Position numbers and translations under genes: made by a program | Part shown: in pieces, positions 42,848-58,790 of the stretch | Layout: each line of letters starts with the position of its first letter | How positions within the stretch are numbered: the first letter of the stretch is position 1 | NCBI RefSeq assembly: GCF_009914755.1 | Contig: NC_060929.1 | Source: the human T2T-CHM13v2.0 reference genome, Homo sapiens | Strand: one strand, 5' to 3' | DNA: 64,000 bases | Notes under the pieces: generated by a model | What the model was told of the DNA's origin: nothing | The model's database searches: none | The model's input: the letters and a program-made list of their open reading frames with translations, nothing else

Positions 42848-44102
42848 TGAACCTAGATTATTTATTTATTCATTCATTCAACAACGAATTAGCATTGTTA
42901 TTTTCTTTCTGTCCCCACCCAACAACAAGGAACTATTAAACAGCTGCCACACACAGGGTGTTATAGACGCTGCTGAACATGACAAATACATTGGTGAACC
43001 AGACATGGTTCCTCCCTCAAGGAGGAACAGAAGGAGACACGGAAATAAAATCTCACAGACTATCAGGAAGGAGGGTCCAACAGCCCCTGTTCAACCAGGT
43101 GTGGTGGCTGATACCTCTAATCCCAGCATTTTGGGAGGCTGAGGCAGGATGATCACTTGAGCCCAGGAGTTCAAGACCAGCTAGACAACATAGCAAGACC
43201 CTGTCTGTATTTAAAAAAAAAAAACAAAAAAACAGAAACAGAACAGAAAACAGCCCTTGTTGGAAGTGGCTCACACCAACATCTGAAAAGGCTGCAATGC
43301 CATTCTCTACCACAGCAGCCTGGCCAGGCCTGGGGGTGTGCAGTGATTCGGGCTGGCACATGCCTTTCTCTCTGATGTCCAGAGCTAAGTATAACCAAGG
43401 AGGGAGAAGCTAGTGAGAAGCTGAGACTGTGTGAGCCTGAGTTCTGTCCAGGCCAGAGGGAGAGGGCCCAGGCTAGGCCAGTCCTAGAGGTGCTGTGTCT
43501 TTTGTGCTGCAGGCCTGGCTGACCTCAAGCTTGAAATCCCAGCCTCCCCCACTATTTATAGCCCCAGAGGACCTGGGAAGGGCAGTGTGGAGGCTGAAGG
43601 GAAAGTGGGAAGAACATGGACTTTGATCCTTGGCTCAAACACTTGGTTTTGAGATTTGGCTCCACTGCTAATGGACCACAGGACCATTGGCAAGTTACTT
43701 TATGTTGCTAAGCCTCAGTTTTCCTATCTGTAAAATGGAGGTGATAATCCATATGGGTCCTCATAGAGTCAACTTGAGAATCCAATGAGAATATAAAGCA
43801 GCAAGTGTAGCTAGCTGTCTTCAGACCAGGCCTGCCATGGCCTTTCCAAATGCTGCCACCCCCTGGGCCCTGGGCACTGAGGTTTCCTGCAGCTGACAGC
43901 AGCGGTGCTTCAGGAAAAGCTGGGCCAGGCACCAGCATTCTGTTAGAGGTGTTTGAGCAGAGGATGTCAAGAGTTAAGGCCTCAGTTATAAAGTGGCAGA
44001 TCATCATGGGACCAAGTTATAAAAAACTAGCTGCACATCTCAGACCAGCTTAATGAGTGGATTCCAAGTTAAAGTGTGGATCTAAGTATAGATCCACACT
44101 GT

Positions 44103-44104
<2 letters not shown>

Positions 44105-44137
<33 letters not shown>
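44105..44137 (+). repeat. (CA)n microsatellite
   Basis: Directly visible dinucleotide run. Confidence 0.95.
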
Positions 44138-44139
<2 letters not shown>

Positions 44140-44658
44140 ATTTTGTAGGCTGTATATCATCCTTAAACAATTCCTGGCCCCAAAAGACACTCGGTGCAGA
44201 TTGTGCACACATGTGTCTTATTTATAGTCAAATTAAAGCTGAGAATAAAGCACAGATGGGAAATTCCCACTCAGATTCCAGCTGTAAGTGCAGCAGATGG
44301 ATGTTATCAAGTTCAGATTTTCTTGTCTTAACATTTTTCTTTACTGCTTCCCACTAATTGTCAACATCCTCCTCACAATATGGAATTGCGTGGGCTCTGT
44401 ATGCCCTAAAATTGCTCCCTTTGACACTTTATTCCTCTTTTACTTGCCTCCTCCTGAAAATAGAGTTGAATGTGACCCATTTTGAAATGTCATTGATAAC
44501 AACATCTTGCAACCTCCACCAGCCACCAGGGTTAATCCTTCCCCAAAGCAGAATGCGGCCCTCTCCATGCTCAACCATGAGAGGGCAGTGTCCACATTTG
44601 CTCTGCCTTCTTGCAGTGGGTGTGGTAATCTTCATCGGTCCATTTGAAATGCTCTTAT

Positions 44659-44660
<2 letters not shown>

Positions 44661-44718
<58 letters not shown>

Positions 44719-44735
44719 TGCATATATATATATAT
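44661..44735 (+). repeat. (TA)n(CA)n compound microsatellite
   Basis: Directly visible. Confidence 0.95.
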
Positions 44736-45151
44736 GTACTGCGTGTGTATATGCAGTATATATTTATATGTAGGTATCAGATTTTTTTTTTTTTGAGACG
44801 GAGTCTCGGTCTGTCACTCAGGCTGGAGTGCAGTGGCGCAATCTTGGCTCGCTGCAACCTCCGCCTCCCAGGTTCAAGCAATTCTCTGCCTCAGCCTCCT
44901 GAGTAGCTGGGATTACAGGCACCTGCCACCACGCCCGGCTAATTTTTTTTTTGTATTTTTAGTAGAGACTGGGTTTCACCATCTTGGCCAGGCTGGTCTT
45001 GAACTCCTGACCTCGTGACCCGCCTGCCTTGGCCTCCCAAAGTGCTGGGATTACAGGCGTGAGCCACCGCGCCTGGCCAGATTTTTTAAAACATAAATGT
45101 ATGAAGCTTACCTATATTTTGTTTTTGGATATGTTTCCTAAGTGGCCATAA

Positions 45152-45513
<362 letters not shown>

Positions 45514-45559
45514 TGACAGTCAAGGAGTTAAAGGTATAGAGCAGTCATCAAGAGATCTT

Positions 45560-45965
45560 TCATTCAAGAAGTATTTACTGAGCACCTACTATGTACCAGG
45601 TACTTGTGTTAGAGCTACACAGTGAACAAAACAAAGATTCTCTGTTGTCATGGACCTTCTGGTGTGTAGGGGATGTTGGGCAGATGATAAACAGTTAATA
45701 CATGAAATGAGTGGTTTGGGAAGAGTGGAGCTTATTGATGGCGATCTGGATGGAGAGGTGGGAGCAGGTTTGCAGTGTTAAGCAGAGTGGTCAAGGTTGG
45801 TCTCACTGGGGTAGGATTTGAGCAAAGACTTGAGGCAGGGGAGGTGCGTCCTGGGGACAGTCGAGAGAGGGTTCTGCACAGAGGGAGCAGCTGGAGCAAA
45901 GGCCGGGCAGGGGCACACTGGCACATCTGAGGAGGGCAAGCAAGGCTGCGTGGCAAGAGGTGAGT
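45560..45965. mobile_element. L2 3'-end fragment
   Basis: cattcaagaagtatttactgagcacctactatgtaccaggtac..., typical of the L2 3' end. Confidence 0.7.
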
Positions 45966-47849
45966 GTAGGGGCTCAGTGACCTCAGGCTGCCAACCTGGA
46001 GCCCATCTCCCGCCCATACCCACCCTTTTCTTACCTCTCACAATCTTTGGCCCTGTTGGGCACTGGTTCTTCCAGAAAGCTCCCCGGCTATGTGGTGCCA
46101 CGCTCTCTTGGCTTCCGTCTTACCTCTCTGGCAACTCCTCTCCTATTCAGGCTTAAATGCTTCAGATCTTGTTCCCTTTGTATCAAAGGAAAGGTCATCC
46201 ATGTTCCTACACTTTGACCATATCTACAGGATGCTCAGCCATAATTCAAAAGTTAAATGTGCAATGCAGGCCTCCCAGGCAAGCTCCAGACCCTGATCAG
46301 CTCCACCGCCCTGTGGCTGGTGCTCCTCATCCGCCCCACGTTCCTGATCGCTCCCCACCCCACAGCCTGGGCCTTCCCGGGCTTCCTGGCTTCCCTAGCA
46401 CGCTTCCTATTTTCTCCTTCTTGGGTCTCTTTTCCCTTCATCCAGCCCATCTCTTTGAAACCTCTTTCCCACCAAACCAGGAGATGAGCATTCGCTTTAT
46501 TTTGACAGATTCGTGTCAACCTTGTTCTGAAAAGAAGGCATCCATACATTGTGTTAGTGTATGTAGGTGGCTGAGAAAAGATAGTGAAGCAAGCTCTGTG
46601 TTCTTCCTTGGCTAATGGTGGTCTTCCCTGGGGCCCTGCTGGAGGGTTTGCCCAAGCTGTGTTTCTTCCCTGAGCAAGAGCAGAATAAAAATAGCTGTGG
46701 GCTAATCTAAGAGATAGCAGACAGGAGTCTCAGCCCTGTTGTCAGGAATGAAGGGCTCAGCCTGGGGGTGAGGGGAGGGGTGGGTGTTATCACCCCAATG
46801 TCCCTTCAGTCCCCAACAGCAGGCCCAGGCTGCTACACACCAGAAACCTCAGGGCTCGTAGTGTTGGTCAACTTGCATCTTTAATGGGCCACAGTGTCTC
46901 AGTCAAAACTGTGGCCTTTGGTGGCAGAGACCTGAATTCTAGTTGTGCTCTTCTTGGCCATATGCCCTCAGCAATGGATCGCCTCCTCCACAACAGTTCT
47001 GACCTCTTAGCGGTACTGGGATGATCAAACGACAAGACACACGCCAGGAGCTCACTCAGTACCTCTCACACAGTGACCCTGGCGGCTGCCGCATTCTCTC
47101 CCAAACAAAAGCAAAACGGCCTACTACCCCTTTCTGTCTGGGGCTTAACTTTAGGAAAACAGCGCTTAGGCTAAGAAGAAGAGGATGCTGGGGTGGGTGA
47201 GAAATCAGGACCCAAGGACGGAGCACAGTTTCCCAAATGGCAAAGGACTGAGAGGGGCAGAACAGGCCCGGGCAGGTGGCCATCTTTCCCGATCCATGGA
47301 AAAAAAAGTTAATGGGTAGAATTAGCTTAATGTGCAATGTTCTTTTTTCTTATTCTTAAATCTTTGCTCTTCCCCTCCTTCCCCTGCAATCTTGTTTGCT
47401 GGCAAAGAGTACCCCTAGATAAAATGAATCCATAGAATACCAAATGAATGTGATGGAAGAAGGAGCAAATGGTGAATCTGTTTTAATCTGATACCCTGAA
47501 TGGCACGAAGAACAAGAGTGCTCCTGGCAGAAATTTCATAATTTTTAAGGAAGTCATTCTTGGTTTGCAAGAGATGGCTTTTCCGTGGCATTCCCCATTG
47601 CCACCTGAACAGGCTTCAGAAGCAATGGATTAAAGGACCAAGAGGGTGTGATCTGTCAGACTCTGCAGACTCCTGCTGCCATCCTGAGGGACCTCGTCCT
47701 CCCATCCATTCCCATATCTTATTGAGTGTGTGCTAAAGCTACACTCTGCTGCATCCTGTGGACAGAAGAGTAAGATCCCGCCTGCCTTGCAGAGCCAACA
47801 GCTTGTCAGAGATTGACCTGAAGTCAGACAGATACACGAGAGGGTATAT

Positions 47850-48305
47850 TGAGACCCCATAGTGAATTGTAATTCCAATTCACTAAGCCGAAAGAAAAAA
47901 AATTAAGCTGAAATTTGAGTCGTGCAAGAAATTGCCTTTCCTCTGGTTCCTGAGCAGATAGCTACAGATAAAAAGTTAAATATCTCCACAGGCGGCTACT
48001 CTATGTTCACCTTACCCTTATGTAAAGTGCTAATTTACTGAGCACCAGATAATTCATAGTTGACCATCCCCCTGCCTGCTCCTTCTCCCTTGCAACCTGT
48101 GGATGACCATACACCCTCCCTCTTTCCCTTCCAGCCAGCTTTTCCTCTTTAAATATTGAAGCCCTTAAAATCATCCTCGGAGAAAGGCACAGACCACGGA
48201 CTGTTTCTGTGATTCTGTGTTTTTATCTTCCAGATATGTCCTTAACTTTGGCAAAATAAACCTTTAAATTGATTGAGACCCGTTTCAGATACCTTTTGTT
48301 TTACA
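47850..48305 (+). mobile_element. ERV1-class solo LTR (MER39/MER4-group-like)
   Basis: aaaagttaaatatctccacagg... and the ending aaaataaacctttaaattgattgagacccgtttcagatac...ttaca; 5' boundary uncertain. Confidence 0.65.
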
Positions 48306-48487
48306 AAAGCAATATATGTTCATTGTGGAAAAACTAAGAAATATGTTTAACCAAAACAAATTCCTCCCCTAAAAGATAATAGGGAGTCATAGTGCGGCCG
48401 GGCACGGTGGCTCATGCCTGTAATTCCAGCAATTTGGGAGGCCGAGGCAGGCAGATCATTTGAGGCCAGGAGTTTGAGACCAGCCTA

Positions 48488-48685
<198 letters not shown>

Positions 48686-48801
48686 TTAGTCCTTCTGGTG
48701 GGTGTGTTGTAGTCTTTATTGTGGCTTTAGTTTGCATTTCCTAATGATAATGATGTTATGTGCTTATTTACTGGCCACATATCTTCTTTGAGGAAGTGTC
48801 T

Positions 48802-50233
<1,432 letters not shown>

Positions 50234-51005
50234 GGTTGTTTGGTTTCTTATTGTTGAGTTGTAAGAGTTGAGTATTCGTTGGGTTAGCTAATCTCCTTTT
50301 CCATCAAAAGCTTTCAATTAATACACAAGCACTGCCACGAGCTTCTTATATCTCCTTCTAAACATGTTCTTTTATATCCACAAAAGCAGGCTCCGGCTTA
50401 GCATTCGGGTAGGATGCAGCACACCCGCCAGCCTCTGTGCTAACGGGTGGCGCCCTTCTCTACCAATTGTTAAATACTTTGCCCCCGTATTCAAGTATCT
50501 GTGAGTTTATATGTATATATGTGTATACATGTGTGAACATAAAATTATCCAAATGGAAGATTCCTGTGCACACAGTCTTGCCCTGTCATCAGTGTATCTT
50601 AGTGATCCTCCATTTCAGTTTCCACAGAGCTGCCACATTCTTTTTTTTTTTTTTTTGAGATGGAATCTTGCTCTGTCACCCAGGCTGGAGTGCAGTGGTG
50701 TGATCTCGACTCACTGCAAGCTCCGCCTCCCGGGTTCAAGTGATTCTCTTGCCTCAGCCTCCTGAGTAGCTGGGATTACAGGTGCCTGCCACCACTCCCG
50801 GCTAAGTTTTTTTTTTTTTTTTTTGAAAAGACGGGGTTTCACTGTGTTAGCCAGGATGGTCTCGATCTCCTGACCTCGTGATCCGCCCGCCTCTGCCTCC
50901 CAAAGTGCTGGGATTACAGGCGTGAGCCACCTCACCCGGCCAGAGCTGCCACATTCTTTCAAATGCCTACATGGTGTCCCACTGAGACGCACTGTAAATA
51001 ATTCA

Positions 51006-51323
<318 letters not shown>

Positions 51324-51349
51324 TTACTCTGTTCTCTGTTGATGGACAC

Positions 51350-52045
<696 letters not shown>

Positions 52046-52432
52046 GATACTTAGATTTTTTTTCTAATACAACATCATTTTTTAATGATTCTGTCATACT
52101 CCATGATAAATTTAACCAATGCCATAATTCAAAGGGTATTTCAGTTAACTTTTTTTCCTACTGCTTTAATAATGCTCGGTTACTATCTTTATATATACAC
52201 ACTTTTTCTCCCAGCCTAGATTATTTAGTCAGGCTCTTTGCTAACTGTAGTGCACATTCAACATCCAGTCCATCATCTTGGTGGTCCATGGTCAGCATCT
52301 CATGATTTGTGCAAACACTCTGGAGATGCTACACAGGATGGTGGAAAGAGAAGGTGGGGTTGTAATCAAAGAAGCATATTGCGGCTGGGCATGGTGGCTC
52401 ACGCTTGTAATCCCAGCACTTTGGGAGGCCTA

Positions 52433-52816
<384 letters not shown>

Positions 52817-53314
52817 CTATTGGTCAGGCTGGAGTGCAGTTGCGTGATCTTGGCTCACTGCAAGCTCTGCCTCCTGGGTTCACGCCATTCTCCTGCCTCA
52901 GCCTCCCGAGTAGCTGGGACTACAGGTGCCCGCCACCACGCCCGGCTAATTTTTTGTATTTTTAGTAGAGACTGACAGGGTTTCACCCTGTTAGCCAGGA
53001 TGGTCTCAATCTCCTGACCTCGTGATCTGCCTGCCTCGGCCTCCCAAAGTGCTGGGATCACAGGCATGAGCCACCGCGCCTGGCCATAATTTTCTTTTTC
53101 TTATTAACAGCTTTATGGAGATAAAATTCACATACCATACAATTCACCCATGTAAGATGTTCGATTCAATGGTTTTTAGTATATTCACAGAATTGGCAAC
53201 CATCCCCACAGTCAACATTTTCATCACCTCAACGCCACTGTGCCTTTTAAATATCACCCTCTGTGCTGGACTCTTCTTCCAGAGGATGCGCAGACCAGCC
53301 TGCTTCTCTTAATG

Positions 53315-53617
53315 CAGTGGTCCCCAACCATTTTGGCAGACAATTTTTCCATGGACAGAAGTGGGGGTGGGGATAGTTTCCGGATGTAACATCAGGCATT
53401 AGTTAGATTCTCATAAAGAGCATACAACCTAGGTCTCTCGCATGCGCAGTTCACAATAGGGTTCTCGCTCCTATGAGAATCTCATGCCGCTGCTGATCCG
53501 ACAGTGGGTAGAGCTCAGGCGGTAATGCTCGCTGGCGGCTGACCTCCTGCAGGGCCACCCAGTTCCTAACAGGCCATGAATTGGTACTGATTTGAGGTCA
53601 GGGGTTGGGGACCCCCG
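53315..53617. mobile_element. MER1B-like non-autonomous hAT-Charlie DNA transposon
   Basis: TIRs cagtggtccccaacc / ggttggggacccccg; perfect 8-bp TSD tcttaatg at 53307-53314 and 53618-53625. Confidence 0.9.
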
Positions 53618-55418
53618 TCTTAATGGGTCCTGTGCCCTTGGCAAGTTCTGCAAGGTGCTTGTCAGAGAGGCTGTTGAGGTCTGGGAAGCCCTGGTGGGCA
53701 GGGATTACTGGGAGTTGGGGCACAGACCAGAGGCTGGGTCTCACTCTGTTCAAGGCAGGATGATCTGTTGACTGGGAAGCCCCAAAGGTACCCAGTTGTT
53801 GGGAGTCAGGAAATAGAAACAGTCAATGAAGGATGAAAGGATCCCCTACGGCAACTCAAAATCCCCAACGGGAGACTGAAACAATGAGAGGGCAGTTCTT
53901 GCCCACCAGGGTGGCAGCGATGAAAATGACTGGTAATTATTCAGTGTTGACAAAGGTGTGGGTAAACGGGAACAAGCATTCCTCCTTATCCAAATCCTGA
54001 AACTTGCAGGACAGTGAATTTTCTGAGAGCCAGAGGCTATGCAATCCTTTATTTAAATGGGTTTTAAATAAATTTCCTCTTCATCCAAAAATTCCAATCC
54101 ATTTCCCCTAAATATCACTATGCAGTCTTAAACAACTAGATGCACAACTCATCAAAAACCTCCACAAAATATAAATCATTTGAACAACTGTTTCATGTAT
54201 AAAATGGTATGTTTGTGTTCAGTGAAAATAATATACAATATTGCCCAGGCATGGTGGCTCACACCTATCTATGATCTCAGCACTTTGGGAGGCTGAGGTG
54301 GGAGGATTGCTTGAGCCCAGGAGTTTGACACCAGCCTGGGAAACATTGCAAGACCCCATCTCTACAAAAATGAAAACAAACAAACAAAAATTAATATCAT
54401 ATAGTCATAAGTACAAATGACATTTTTCTTCCATATTTGTTTTGTATTGATTTATTACTCTTTGTCACTTTCAACTTCTCTCCTAGGTTCCTGAGGAGAT
54501 ACACTTTCTTCAGAAGCTGTTCTACTTCTTCTTCTTTTTTTTTTTTTGAGATGGAGTTTCACTCTTGTGTCCCAGGCTGGAGGGCAATAGCGTGATCTCG
54601 GCTCACCGCAACCTCCGTCTCCTGGGTTCAAGCGATTCTCCTGCCTCAGCCTCCTGAGTAGCTGGGATTACAGATGCCTGCCATCATGCCCAGCTAATTT
54701 TTTTTTGTAGTTTTAGTAGAGACGGGGTTTGACCATCTTGGCCAGGCTGGTCTTGAACTCCTGACCTCGTGATCCACCCGCCTCGGCCTCCCAAAGTGCT
54801 GGGATTACAGGCGTGAGGCACCGCGCCTGGCCCCCTCCGTACTTTCTGAGACATCCATGCTGTGGGGTACAAGGCAGAGTGAGGAAGCCTGAGAAGACCG
54901 TCTGTGCAGCCATGATGAGCCCTCCAGGACACACCGCTCTGGGAACAAAGGACACCAGAACCCAACTTTAAGAATGAAGCCATTCATGTAAGATCATCCA
55001 CATTTACAACAAAGCAGTATGTTTTCATATGGGTATATGCGTGTGTAAATGTGTAAAATGGACAATAGGACAATATAACCCACTTGACATTAGCGGTGCT
55101 GTCTCTAAGGAGACAGTAGCTGGTGGGGGCGTGGGAGAAGGAGGATTTTCTTTATAACTCTACAGGCCTAACGTATGACTTTTTACAATGATAATGGATT
55201 CATGTGCTATTTCATTTAAATAAATCAATTAATAAGTAAGCAGGCCAGGTGCAGCAGCTCACGCCTGTAATCCCAGCACTTTGGGAGGCTGAGTCGGGCA
55301 GATCACTTGAGGTCAGGAGTTCGAGACTAGCCTAGCCAACATGGTGAAACCCCATCTCTACTAAAAATACAAAAATTAGCCAGATGTGGTGATGGGCACC
55401 TGTAATCCCAGCTACTCA

Positions 55419-55589
<171 letters not shown>

Positions 55590-56259
55590 TTACCTCACAG
55601 ACTGTGATGAGGGCTGAGAGAAGGGTGTCATGTCCCGGCCCCCAGGGCCCTCAGCCAGACTGGTCATTTGCAGCAAGTCCATGTGGAAAGGCCACTGGTG
55701 GCTGAGGGTGCAGAGCTCAGAATCAAGTGGGCAGGGGTCGGGAAGGACAGAGCTGGGGGGCGTCTACCTCTGCTCAGTGCCCAAGGGGTGGATGAGGTTC
55801 TTGCAGAGTGCATGTGGGAAGAGAAAAGGGCTCTGAGGTTGACTCCGGGGTACATGATGATGAAGGGCAGTGGGCGAAAGGAACTAGCAGAAAAGGCCCT
55901 GGAAGGTGCAGAGGAACCCTGGAGGGGGCGGGGAGCCAGGTGGCCCTGCAGGCAAGCGGAGAGGAGGAGGGGAGTGTCTGGATGTCAGGGGCGAGGGAAG
56001 GCCCAGGAGGCTGAGGTCTGAGGAGAGGCTGTGCTATCAATCTCTGGGGGTGCCCTCTGGGGTGCCCAGAGCAGTTTCGGTGCATGGGGAGGGCAGAGGA
56101 CAGCTCGAAAAGGGACATGTGTCTGTGAAGCCTGTCAGTGTGGACCGTTCTGTCAAAAAGTCTCATGAGTTGAGCAGAAGGGAGCCTGAGTGAGGAGGAG
56201 GCTGAGAAAGGAAGCACATTTAATAAAGCGAGAAAAGGGGATTTGCTAGGGAAGACGGA

Positions 56260-56800
56260 ATGGGGGTTCCTCAAAAAACATAGAATTACCACACAGTCCA
56301 GCAATTCCACTCCTGGGTACATACCCCAAAGCATTGCAAGCAGAGACTCAAACACATGTTTGCACACCCATGTTCATAGCAGCATTATTCACAGCCGCCA
56401 AAAGCTGGAAGAAACCCACATGTCCATCAACGGAGGAAGGAATGCATGAACAAAGTGTGGTCTATCCACACAGTGGAATATCATTCAGCCTTCAAAAGGA
56501 AGGAAGTTCTGATACATCCTACAACATGGGTGAACCTTAAAGGTGTTACACAAAGTGAAATAAGCCAGACACAAAGGACAAACACTGTATGACTCCGCTT
56601 ATAAAGTCAAAGTCATAGAAACAGAAAGTAGAACAGAGGTGAGCGGGAGGCCGGGGGAGAAGGGAGTGGGGAGTTATTGTTTAATGGGTAGAGTTTCAGT
56701 TCGGGAAGGTAAAAGCGCTCTGGGTGGGTGGTGGTGACGGTTGCACAGCGACGTGAATGCCGCTAAGCTGCACACTTGAAGATGAATAGCATCGTCAATT
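56260..56800 (+). mobile_element. L1MB-like 3' fragment
   Basis: ccagcaattccactcctgggtacatacccc...catgttcatagcagcattattcaca; ORF2-like peptide TPMFIAALFTAAKSWKKPTCPS. Confidence 0.8.
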
Positions 56801-58289
56801 TCACAGTTGCAGCTGCTTCTGATTTTATTTGTTCTCACTTCTCACACTCCCAGAACCCGCCTCTAACAGATCAGAGGCACTAACAGCCTCCAGGCAGAGC
56901 CCCTCCCCAGATCCAGGCTTCTGGGTTCTGATGACCCTGACCTCTCCCCGCTGCCCATTCACCTGCAGGAGTGGCAGCTGCTCCCTGCAGTAACTCTTTC
57001 TGTGAGCTCAATATTCACTTTTGTTTTGCCTTTTGGATTGTTTGCCATGGCCATTTGCTGCTCTGTTTAACTAGTCCCTATATTAAATTCTATTGAGAAA
57101 AAAAGGTAAATTTTATTTTATGTTGTGTATGTTTTATTGCAATGCATTTTTTTTTCTTGTTTTTTTGAGACAGAGTCTTGCTCTGTTGCCCAGGCTGGAG
57201 TGCAGTGGTGCAATCTCGGCTTACTACACTGGGCCTCCCTGTGGAGGTGGAGGCCTCCCAGGTTCAAGTGATCCTCCTGCCTCAGTCCCCGAAGTAGCAG
57301 GGATTACAGGCATGCACCACCATGTCCGGCTAATTTTTATATTTTTAGTAGACAAGTTTTCGCCATGTTGGCCAGGCTGACCTCAGGTGATCCGCCCACC
57401 TCGGCCTACCAAAGTGCTGTGATTACAGGAACGAGACACCGCACTGGGCCTGCAATGCATTTTTTTTTTTAAGTGGAAGGGATATTTTGGGGACATCCTG
57501 GAGGGTCTTCCAGGTTAAAGGGAGAGCGGCGGAATCCTGGGCAGCTCTGGGACCAGGTCCTGCCTCAGGGACTCACAGACCCAGGCCTCCATTCCTGCCC
57601 TGCTATCTCTGTGGATGTCTAGAAGCAGCTTCTCCTCAGCCTCTTCCCAACAGGATACATGGCCATTAAGGGGACAGAGGGAGCTGTCTCCCAAACCTAG
57701 TAAGAAAGATCCCAGGCAAGGATTCATGGGACACAGAAGCTGGAACCTCAAAGTCGTGTTCAAACCTCCTTATTTCCGATATCATCACCTCTGGAGGATG
57801 ACCTTTCTACTTCAAAAATGAGTTTACTTTTGGCCTTCCCCTTCCTTTTTGCTTCCTGCTGACCTTGGCTGGCTTATTACAGACTCCTTCTGAGTGATCT
57901 CCCTACCCCAGGCTTAAGGGATGGGTTTACTTAAGAGGAAGAAACCTAGCACATTCCAAGAATGTGAGGGAAGGGAAGAGGAAGGATGAGAACAGGTTGG
58001 GCGAGGTCATGGAGGAGGCAAGGTGTCTCGACTCAATGGAGGATTCAACATGGAAACGAGGTTCAAGTTCAGCACCAAGGGCATCTGTCGGGGAGATCTG
58101 CTGTCTTGGCTTCCCTTTTATGAGGAGACAAGGTCTTCTGCTGAGAGCAGAGGGTCTAAGGTGGAGTTCAGTGCTGAGAAGATGCAGAAAACGGGGACTG
58201 AGGGGCCAATGGGTAGGATGACTGGTTGGTGTTAGAGTGCCACTGGGGTGCTTGGGAACTTTGGTTCAGGAAAGCACTGTGCAGTCCTT

Positions 58290-58790
58290 TTAAAAGATGT
58301 CTGCAAGTTTATTAGCAGTCCACTCAAAAGGTGGAGTCTAAGTTTTCTCACCTTGAATATGGTTGACTTGTTTCTAATAATAGGCTGTGGTGGAGGTGAT
58401 GCTGTGTGATATCTGGGACCAGGAGAGAAGGCAATATAGAATCCCCCTGGTTCTCTTTCTTGGGACACTCACCCCTGGAACCCAGCCACCGACGCTGTGA
58501 GGAAGGAAGCCTGGGCCACATGGGGAGACCACTTACTGGTGTTGTAGCTTGGCTGAGCTCCCAGTCAGCAGCCAGCATCAAATGCCAGACACATGAGCAA
58601 GCTCCTCATTGACTCCAGCACCAGCTACCATCTGACTACAACCACAGGAAAGACCTCAAGGAAGAGGCACCCTGCTGAGCCCAGCCAATCCCCAGAAGTG
58701 GGAGAGAGAATTGTGATGAATGGATGTTGTTCCTTGATGCCACTAAGTTTGGGGTGATTTGTTAGGCAGCACTAGATAGCTGGAGCATGC
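58290..58790 (+). mobile_element. Old MLT1-family LTR
   Basis: aaggtggagtcta...ccactaagtttggggtgatttgttaggcagcactagata, typical of MLT1 3' ends. Confidence 0.65.

Noticed and set aside
53900-53920. CTCF-like ccaccagggtggcag
   Set aside because: One extra base breaks the core spacing of the CTCF consensus.
55630-56367. 117-197 aa ORFs in a purine-rich, GC-rich intergenic stretch
   Set aside because: No recognisable homology or splice structure, and partly overlapping an L1MB fragment.
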